Part shown: positions 50,201 through 58,100 of the stretch, piece by piece
Numbering within the stretch: the stretch's first letter is position 1
How the letters are laid out: each line of letters starts with the position of its first letter
Virus record (IMG/VR): IMGVR_UViG_3300030085_002462
DNA from: a virus
Length of the DNA stretch: 64,000 nucleotides
Strand: one strand, 5' to 3'
Position numbers and translations under genes: made by a program
The notes under the pieces: model-generated
Told to the model about the DNA's origin: nothing
Databases searched by the model: none
Seen by the model: only the letters and a program-made list of their open reading frames with translations

Positions 50201-51519
50201 GTGATACTTATGACACTTATCCTACTGCCGCTCCTACATATTCAAATGATGATAAGGAAGTCTTGGTGTATCACAGAAACCACTGTATGCATCAACGCAC
50301 AAACAACGTAGAGGTTTCTGGAATTGTTTCTGAGATCCCTTCTACTACTCTGACTTCTACTCTGTCAGTTGGTGCTGGTAGTATTCAGGTGCAGGATGCT
50401 TCTGCATTCCATACGATTATTAATGGCACAGGAATTGGTAACTTGAATCCTGGCTTTATTAAGATCGGCACAGAAATTATTAAATACTCTGCTATTTCTA
50501 CTAGCGGACAAACCATTACAGTTGCAACTTCTGGTAGAGGATCTAACTCTACTGCTGAGCAAGAGCATCCCTCTGGCACAGTTGTTGAATGTTACAACCT
50601 TGATGGTATTCCTCTGACAGAAATCAATAAGGTCCATACCAGCATTTCTTGCCCATGGTTGGATACTTATATGTTGCACGTTGATAGTGTTGCAACAAAT
50701 GGAATTCGTGCAGGTGGCACAGGCGTTATTGCTTCTCAGAATGTCCAGTATGAGACTTTGACACCTACTGTCTCCACCATGAATCTCCCAGAGACTAATA
50801 TTCTTGCTCGTGTAAATACTACTACGGGCACGTCAATCGGTGATGGATCTACCAACATCGACCAAGCGTCCTTTGTTAACAATGGCACATACGAGGATGT
50901 TGTCCTCAATGAGCAAAATAGATTCTATTCACCTCAGTTGATCTGCTCCAAGATTAACGAGCAAAACAAACTTGATGGTGGTAAGTCATTTAACATGATT
51001 ATTGAGTTGTCTACTGATAAGCCATCTCTATCCCCATGTATTGACTTGGATCGTTGCTCTCTGATTACAACCACCAACCGTATCAATGCATGGCCAGGCG
51101 GTCCTGATCCTTATGGACAACAGTCTAATATTGATAGGGATCAAGATGTTTCGACACTTCCTACGGGTGATCAAAACGACGCAGTATACATCACACGTCT
51201 CGCCCGCTTGGGTCAAGAGGCTAGATCTCTCAAGGTTGATTTCCAAATCACCAGACATCCTGCTTCTGAAGTCCGCGTATACTACCGTGCATTTAAGATC
51301 GGTAATGCTACATCCAGCGAAGAGACAGGTTGGACTCTGTTAGGTCTGCCTACGAATTATGACTCTACTCCTTCCGAGGAAATTCTTTATAAGGATTATG
51401 CCTATGAAGCAAGAGGTCTTAACTTCAACGCATTCCAAGTGAAGATCGTTATGAGATCTACTAACCAAGCAAGAGTACCTCTAATTGCTGATCTTCGTGC
51501 TACTGCTTTAGCTACTTAA
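44233..51519 (+). CDS. Large virion structural protein (2428 aa; DUF4815/VrlC-like)
   Basis: MPQNTNLNIAPYFDDFD..KNFYRVLFRPGYPIQARELT..QSILQNQ; DRLKNGYVVDDF; YDPLAQSF; SQNASTWTA.QYEDLKF. Confidence 0.88.
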   Translation: MPQNTNLNIAPYFDDFDKDKNFYRVLFRPGYPIQARELTTMQSILQNQVESIGTHFFKEGAMVIPGQIGYDLNVQAVILQQSFLGVDVETYRTQLNGQIIEGITTGVKAKVLYSIPSTESERGYITLYVKYIDSGDTTSSESLKGFQPNEQLLAENEITFGTTLIEIGSPFAQLLPVDATAVASSAYINAGVYFIRGHFVDVPSSYLILEQYSNNPSYRVGLEVSESIITPEDDPSLNDNAAGTSNYSAPGGHRFRIRTSLVKKAINDETDKNFIELLRINNSKLEQFVNNTEYSELERSLARRTYEESGDYVIDTFDIKMREHLDDGFNNGVYRAGAQSREGNAASEDMLAIEVSPGRAYVKGYRTEFLVPQYVDAPKPRDFNSEENAIVSFNLGQFVKVYDVYGWPDLTGEGVTDAYQVLEMRDDWALNPGSSVTGRQIGRCRTIQIQEDQTGIYDLYMFDIQMYTAVNLAAGNQSVQVGDVIVGRTSNARGFVADAGSGNYFSLEQVSGRFVNGEVMERDGRVIGTLEAAWTFEPTDTRSCVGRNSSNQVIFGCNWLLNDQREIEATTVTLDQSAFTLTGFRTKFENDLRPGEVVTVSGTSAEGETSFRIERVDPQYIKTQSGNSHTGASYNVFDYATQVARVDPTLNKGSISNGEYSVLARLRPYIFQKDYQNGELTIDTPKTSMKSISDESFFVYRTFTNKTVVSGGVTVTLPESEQFASLDGENYVLTILSQSGSAYTVGQNLDIDALNDGGQLTVTFGASRQSITIDGLTNVQTVKLTALVSKNIVSKKIKTAAKMRAMKVVRTQNNNDQQKFGLAYGNLYGTRIEDREISFALNDVYKIHAIYESEDDQDAEAPFLTLQEATFFDSGSVVIGRTSGARGRVIQFINATLKLHIVALNEIPFLPGETIDGVDDDSQPLSAIIDDAEGSIGRGSKVITTQYELDPGQKAHFYDVCKITRIPGFTAPTRKLLVIFDYFIHESSGDYFAAQSYTGIPFKEIPNYKLDGSINFLRDQLDFRPAVGELASGNGTIGAPYFVNCASLDFAARTFNTSGGTGGATIFDIMKVDTEFRMDYSYYLPRIDKLFITHDNKLQVVKGVSGEDLLPPEGIENAMLLAVLEHKPYNYDVERDTLIFPEIIRRYTMKDIGDLETRLTHVEYYTSLSLLEVQADNAKSYDDNGFDRLKNGYVVDDFTDHTIGDVLNVDYKCSMDFKEGLLRPAHYTTNVPLEFNASASNNVVRTESNMIFLPWQDVEIVKQPYASRTENVNPFNVFTFIGRVDLTPASDDWIDIERLPARVENVEGDFSAVARDLQIDQNGFAPIQWGSWQTNWTGESLQSSSSFQSRSGTYGIGRQLGRAGHGQRRQGLFYLHERRTYRVVNNQARQGIRTRVVPKIDRKSLGDTILSQTAIPWIRSRNIGFNVDRLKPRTRMYAFFDGVDVTNYITPKVIELIKNSSEDTRTNETPFVVGETVIGESSKCQLQVVAANDGYKTDPYGVGEATLPESYASQTPVLNIDLKALAETVNPNFFGNAQTGEVLVGQTSGARAVVKDRRLLSDNIGNLQGTFFIPSPKNDANPRWATGTRTFRFTTSNTNSRSPGEVDSSADTEYKATGTLQTVRENILAIRNAQIVRDTVTDERQVITTRTETRQVGWYDPLAQSFIVDEEGGIFLTGVDIFFNTKDSNIPISMQIRTMENGYPTKDILPFSDVTIDPSQVELSDNAAIPTRFTFQSPVYIKQSIEYCFVLLSDSNEYKVWISRMGDVEVSGTRTISDQPYAGVLFKSQNASTWTADQYEDLKFTIYRADFTASIGNAVFNNAELGLGNGGVHNLIENPIQTLKPKQQLLLPTGTNNNFTIGARIIQTPSNAEGTIVEFDSTSDPEVITISDIVGSWQAGFLDANGNPFQGIKSSQSTATIVLSAIFNGVFEVNNTITGSTSNATAKVTNYDAGTQTLSVNFVDGAFDLADTLSEPGGTSATITSVSYAGDTYDTYPTAAPTYSNDDKEVLVYHRNHCMHQRTNNVEVSGIVSEIPSTTLTSTLSVGAGSIQVQDASAFHTIINGTGIGNLNPGFIKIGTEIIKYSAISTSGQTITVATSGRGSNSTAEQEHPSGTVVECYNLDGIPLTEINKVHTSISCPWLDTYMLHVDSVATNGIRAGGTGVIASQNVQYETLTPTVSTMNLPETNILARVNTTTGTSIGDGSTNIDQASFVNNGTYEDVVLNEQNRFYSPQLICSKINEQNKLDGGKSFNMIIELSTDKPSLSPCIDLDRCSLITTTNRINAWPGGPDPYGQQSNIDRDQDVSTLPTGDQNDAVYITRLARLGQEARSLKVDFQITRHPASEVRVYYRAFKIGNATSSEETGWTLLGLPTNYDSTPSEEILYKDYAYEARGLNFNAFQVKIVMRSTNQARVPLIADLRATALAT

Positions 51520-51546
51520 AGCTCCTTTGCAACCCTTACATGGTTG

Positions 51547-51575
51547 ATTATAATAATAATTGAGGCACTTGTCAA
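51547..51575 (-). promoter_or_regulatory. Perfect-consensus sigma70 promoter, antisense to the late structural module
   Basis: Minus strand reads TTGACA (51575-51570), N17, TATAAT (51552-51547); no minus-strand gene follows. Confidence 0.7.
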
Positions 51576-51577
51576 GT

Positions 51578-51835
51578 ATGGCACAAACCAACCCCTATGA
51601 TCCAGATCTCATCCCCGTTGAGGGGAAAGAAGGCTGGTATCGTGACCCATACTCCAATGCAATCGTGAATTGCAATAAAAGTGAGTATGATAAATATATG
51701 GCAGCGCATGATAAGCGCACCAAAAAAGATGAATCCTTCTCTACTTTACAAGATGAAGTAAAAGGGTTAAAATCTGAATTGAATGACATCAAACGTTTAC
51801 TACACATTATTGCTAACGGAGATCAATCTAAATGA
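51578..51835 (+). CDS. Conserved hypothetical coiled-coil protein (IPVEG..GWYRDP.SNAIVN.NKSEY)
   Basis: ATG 51578 preferred over the track's TTG at 51560. Confidence 0.85.
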   Translation: MAQTNPYDPDLIPVEGKEGWYRDPYSNAIVNCNKSEYDKYMAAHDKRTKKDESFSTLQDEVKGLKSELNDIKRLLHIIANGDQSK

Positions 51836-52041
51836 CACTTGACGTACCTGAAACAATGGACCAATCAGAATTGCTTGAGCAATTCAAGACACGCTATCAG
51901 AATTTGGTAACTGAGAACCAGAAACTCCAAAAACAAATTCGTGATAATGAAGCAACAGCACTGAAACTCATGGGTGCTATTGAAACTCTTGAATATCTGG
52001 ACAGTCCACCCGAGGACAAAACTGAGGAAGCGGGTGAATAA
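51832..52041 (+). CDS. Small coiled-coil hypothetical protein (KLMGAIETLEYL)
   Basis: 69-aa ORF followed by a terminator. Confidence 0.8.
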   Translation: MTLDVPETMDQSELLEQFKTRYQNLVTENQKLQKQIRDNEATALKLMGAIETLEYLDSPPEDKTEEAGE

Positions 52042-52046
52042 GATAT

Positions 52047-52070
52047 AGCCCCCGTAAAGGGGGTTTTCTT
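52047..52070 (+). terminator. Rho-independent terminator
   Basis: CCCCC-GTAAA-GGGGG hairpin followed by TTTTCTT. Confidence 0.8.
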
Positions 52071-52077
52071 ATAGACA

Positions 52078-52085
52078 TATAAATA
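52078..52085 (+). promoter_or_regulatory. Late promoter
   Basis: Exact TATAAATA, intergenic, upstream of the long fibre gene. Confidence 0.85.
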
Positions 52086-52126
52086 AACCAGCAGACAATG
52101 TGTGCAGTTGCAGGATCCTTTAAGCA

Positions 52127-55100
52127 ATGGCAAATAGAATACAACTAAGAAGAGACGGTGCTCAGCAATGGGCAAACGTCAACCCTATCCTTGCCCAAGG
52201 TGAATTGGGTATCGAGATCGATACGTCGCGTATCAAAATCGGTGATGGCGTTACGCCGTGGAACTCGCTTAAATATGAGCGACCACTAGAAACCGAATCT
52301 AATACCGCCAACACTCTGGTAAAGAGGGATGCTGACGGTAACTTTGAGGCGGGTGCAATTACTGCATCGCTGATTGGTAATGCTGCGACTGCAACAAGAC
52401 TGGCAAACTCCAGACAGATCCAACTGGGTGGTGACATGTCTGGTAGTGGCACGTTTGATGGATCCTCAAACTTGACCATTACTGCAGAATTGAATTATGT
52501 TACAACTCTGCCACACTATGATCAGAATGATCTTGACGCACAAGGCACATATACAAAACTAACTATTGACTCTCGTGGTCGTATTGTTAACGCATTCAAT
52601 CCCACGACTCTAAACGATTATGGAATCGTTGACGCGCAACCTCTTGATAGCGACCTGACATCCGTTGCTAGTATGACCACTTTCGGTCTGATGTCTCGTC
52701 AGGCAGAAGGTAGTATTGTCACTCGCACCATCACTGGTGGTAGTGGTCGTATTATTGTACAGAATGGTAACGCACAAACCAACAACCCCTTCCTTGATCT
52801 TGCTGATACGGCAGTTGTTGTTGGCACATATAACCCTGTAGGACTTGGAGATACCCCTCTTGTTTCTGTAGGCACAGGTTCTCAGACTGTTAATACTACA
52901 AACTTCACAGTTGACAGATACGGTCGTTTGACTTATGCTCAAACCAGTCCTATCGCAACTGCAACGGAGGGAGCGAAGTCTGGCACATCTTTCACCACTT
53001 ACGATAACGCTGTTGCGTATCCTAGATTTTCAAAGATTATTGCTCCTAATGGTAGAGTATATCAAGCTGCTATTCGGGATGTCGGAGCAGGACTCGGAGC
53101 TCCAACGCACAACACAAACAATGGTGATGCAGACGATCAAGGTGGATGGAGAGATCTGGGTGCTGATTCCGTCGAGCAAAAGGGTCTTGCGAGTTTCGAC
53201 CAAGAAGACTTCAATGTAGATGACAATGGTCATGTAACGATTGCTGCAGACGCAATCGAAAATACTCAGTTACAATCTGCTGGTAAACTTATGTTTACCG
53301 ACCAAAATGCAACTGAAGAGTTTATTCTCGACAAAGAGCGCACAACTGACAATGCCTATCATGGCATCACTAAAGTAAACCATGTTAACATCAACAACCG
53401 CACTGGTAATTCTGTTTTCAGAGTTGTTGGCTACGATACTGCTGAGTATCCCTTCCAACCTTCCATCTTGTCGCAGGGTAATTCTTACCCCGCTATTAAT
53501 GCTGATGATGCTAACGGCAATGGGAGCGCCACAAGCGGTTCTTCTCTTACTGGCGCTGTTGACATTAATCTTGACACTACCCTTTCTGGTAATCTTACCC
53601 TCGACGTTGCAAAAGCCGATCAATTCATAAAGAGGACTAGCGGCAATCTTGAGGTTGCTCTAGAGATTAATGAAACTAACAACCGCTCGATGGATGTTAA
53701 TGTCACCAACGCAGGTTCTGGTGATGCAACATTCAATCTGACTGTTGATCAAGACATTACTATTAACGTTACCGATGTTGATCATCGCGTTAACGTAGAA
53801 GACTTCCACATTCAGGATAATGTGTTGTCAACCACCAATTCCATCATGGTGCTTGACCCTGCTGATGACGATGACATTAGTGGCACAGTCCGTATCCGTG
53901 GAGACTTGACTGTTGATGGCACCACGACTACAGTTAACTCAACTACAGTCACCATCGATGATGTCATTCTTACCTTGGGCGGAGACACAACACCAACGCT
54001 CGATGATGGAAAAGACAGAGGTGTTGAATTCCACTATTATGATTCACAAGCAAGAAAAGGATTCTTCGGGTGGGACGAAAATTACGCGGATGCTAACATA
54101 TGGTCTGGCACTGGCGGGTATAGGTTCCTCTACAACGCGACTAACACAAGCGAAGTTTATTCTGGTACTGACGCTCCTCTCATTGCTGGTAACCTCAGAC
54201 TAACAACTAATACGTCTTCTACTTGGAAGACACCTACAACTGGCACATTGGTAGTAACTGGTGGTGCAGGTATTTCTGAAAACCTCAACGTGGGTGGCAC
54301 AACTCACCTGAATGGTAACGTTGAGATTGATGGCACACTTGATATTGATGCCAACTTTGCTATCAGAGATGGCAGCACTGATAAGTTTACTGTTGCCAGT
54401 GCTACAGGTAATACTGTTATTGAAGGCACACTGGATGTCCAGCTGGAAACTGAAATTACAGATAACCTAATTGTAAGAGCAGATAATAAAGTATTTGATA
54501 TTAAGACAGATGCTGGCGTATCTAAGTTTACTGTAGATACCGATAATGGTAATACTGTCATTGAAGGCACAGTTAATGTCAAGCAAGGCGTTGACTTTGA
54601 TAGCACACTGAATGTCGATAGCGATGTAACCTTCAACGCAACATTGGATGTTGACGATGATGCTACATTCCACAACGACATTACACTTGATACCACTGGT
54701 AAATTCTTTACAATTACCAATGGTAGTAGTCAGACTTTCCGTGTAACATCGACAAATGGTAACACAGATATTGAGGGTAGTCTTAATGTTGGTGGCATCA
54801 ACACTTTTGAGCGCACTAACAATATCGTTATTGCTGAAACTACAGACGATATCACATTAAGCAGTGTAGGTAACGCTACCTTTGCTGGTGGTGTAAACAT
54901 CGATAAGGATGTAAGAATCGGCACCGATCTGTACGTGGCCGATCGTTTAGTCGTCAAAGACGCTGGCACAGCACGCACACGTCCTTCACTTCTCAACAAC
55001 GTTGATGTCCTGTATCGCACCTATCTGGGTGGTGGCACAGCACACAACGCATCTTTCGCAGATGATGCTGATGCTCAACTTAGAGTTGCAGGTGGCGTAG

Positions 55101-58100
55101 GTATCGTCCAAGACTTGTATGTCGGTGACGATTTCTATATTGGTAAGGTTTCCAACACAGACACTATTGAATTCCAAGTCCTTGGTGAGTCTGGTGCTAC
55201 TACAATCGGTCGTGTTGGACAGGGTGGCACAACAGATGGATCACTTACAGTCCACGGTGATGTCACATTTAACCGTGATGTCACATTTAATGGTGACGCT
55301 CTAACCTTTGGTGTTGATGCAACTGATGTATTGACAGTCAATGCTATCTCCACATTTACTGACAACGTTACTGTTAACGGTGACTTGGATGTTGATGGTA
55401 ATACCGTTATCGAAGGTAACCTGACTGTTAACGGCACAACTACAACTATTAACTCTACAACTCAGACTCTGGACGATCCCGTCTTTACTCTGGGTGGCGA
55501 TACTGCTCCTTCTCAGGCAGATGCTAAGGATAGAGGTATTGAGTTTAGATATTATTCTGGCAGCGCACAGATTGGTTTCTTTGGTTGGGATAACTCTGCT
55601 GGTCGCTATGCTTTCTATCATGGAGCGACTAATTCTTCAGAGGCATTCTCTGGCACCCGCTCTGGTATTGACGCTGGATCACTCAAACTATTTGATACAA
55701 CCAATTCCACATCAGCATCTACAGGTGCACTGATTGTTGGTGGTGGTGTTGGTATTGGTCTAGACCTTACTGTTGGTGATGATCTTATTGTTACCGATGA
55801 CGGTAGTTTCGGTGGCAACGTAGATATTACTGGCACATTAGATGTCACTAATGACCTTGCAGTCAATGGTAATAAATTTACTGTTGTTGCCAGCAACGGT
55901 AACACATATGTTGCAGGCACTTTCCAAGTTGATGGTAACGCTACCATCGGTAATGCTGGATCTGATAACCACATTGTTACTGGCACAGTAACATTCAACC
56001 AAGCAATTACATCTACTGACATCACTGCTGATCAGATTGAGATTGGTGTTGATGGTCCTACTGAAATCAGCACTACTTCTGGTAACCTGATTCTTGATTC
56101 TGATGGCGGCACTGTCAACATCACAGATAATGCTGACGTAGACGGTAACCTCAATGTTGATGGCAATACACAGATTGATGGCACGCTCACGGTCGATGGC
56201 AACACAACTATCGGTAATGCTGCTGGGGATGCTCACAGCGTCACGGGTACTGTCCAATTCAACCAAGCGATTACTTCCACCGACATCACGGCGGACAACA
56301 TCAAGATCGGCGTTGATGGTGCGACCGAAATCTCCACCACATCAGGAGACCTGATCCTTGATTCTCAATCAGGTAAAGTCCATATCACAGACAATGCTGA
56401 GGTTGATGGTAACCTTCAGATAGATGGCAACACAACTCTTGGTGACGCTTCTAGCGATACTCTGACAGTTAACGCTACATCTACATTTAACGCTCAAGTT
56501 AATGGTAACGCAGCGATCTGGAATAACCTAAGAATTGGTTTTACAAACAATAATGAGATTGATACCTCAACTGGTAATCTGACTCTGGATTCTGCTGGTG
56601 GATCAACTACTATCGATGATGATCTTTCCGTAACTGGTGCGTCAACTTTAACTGGTCAACTTACAGTTAATGATAGCATCTTGATTGATGCTACCAATGA
56701 GCAATTCCGTGTTAGAAGTAGTCTGGTTGATAGATTTACTATTGACAGTGATAACGGTAACACCTTCATTGCTGGCACAACTCAGATCGAAGGTCTGACA
56801 ACCATCAATGATAACCTTGATCTTAATGGTAATGGTGATGTATCTGGCACTCTGAATGTTGCTAATATTGTCTATGCTGATAGCACTGATGGTGCTAACC
56901 TTGGTAATAATTTCGCTGCTGATGGTGCTCTAAGAGTTGCAGGTGGTGCAACAGTTGCACAAAACCTTGGGGTTGGTGGAAATCTTCAGGTCTATGGTGA
57001 CCTTGAGATTGATGGTAATCAGGTCAGTAAAGGTAACCAAGAATTCCGTGGTCGTGTTGAATTCTCCAAGTCTGATAATCCTAACAGTCTGACTGCTAAT
57101 GCAGCAATTATGGTCACCGCTGGTGGTGTCACTGTTGCTGAGGATATGTTTGTTGGATCTGACCTCTTCCTTGGTCCTAACAACGGCACAACCATTACAC
57201 TTAATGGTGCTACAGGTAATGCTTCTATTGGTGGCACACTCGGTATCACAGGCACAACAACTGCTGCTGTAATTAACGCTTCGTCGGTCAATACATCTGC
57301 ATCTGTTGGTATCGGTGGATCGCTGCTGATTAACACTGATAAGTTTACTGTCCAAGGTAGCACAGGTAATACAGACATCGCTGGCACACTTGATGTTGAT
57401 GGTGCAACAGTTATTGATGACACCCTGAATGTTACTCAGGCAGTTGACTTTGATAGCACACTTAATGTTGATGGTGAGTCTACCTTCAACGCTGCTATTA
57501 CACAAAACAGCACTTCACTGTTTAAGGATAATTTCGTCCTTCGCGGTGCATCTAAGACACTTAAGTTACAAAACGGTAGTGGCACTGACAAGATTACTCT
57601 TGCTTCTACAACTGGTAATATTACTGCCGCTGGTCTCACAACCACTAACACCTTTGAGTCTGTTTCTAACGCTACCATCGGTGGCACATTGGGTGTTACT
57701 GGACAAATCACTGGTAACATCACTGGTGATCTTACAGGTACTGCTGATAAGGCAGATCTGGTTGAAATCACTGAGACTGCTTCTTCTAACCTTACTTACT
57801 TCATTCCATTCGTTTCTACGAATACTGGATACACTGAAGTCCGCACAGACTCTAGCAACCTTAGCTACAACCCATCAACTAACAGACTGACTGTTAATAA
57901 CTTCAGATCAACAACTGACTTTGAAGTCCAAGGTAACTTGACTATTACAGGTAATATCTTGTATGGTCAGTCACAGGTTGGTAGTATTGCTAACCATGAC
58001 ACTGACGCTCTGTCAGAAGGCACCTCTAATCTCTACTTCACTGATGAGAGAGTTGATGATCGTGTTGCTGGTTTGATCAACGCTGGCACTGGCATCTCTG

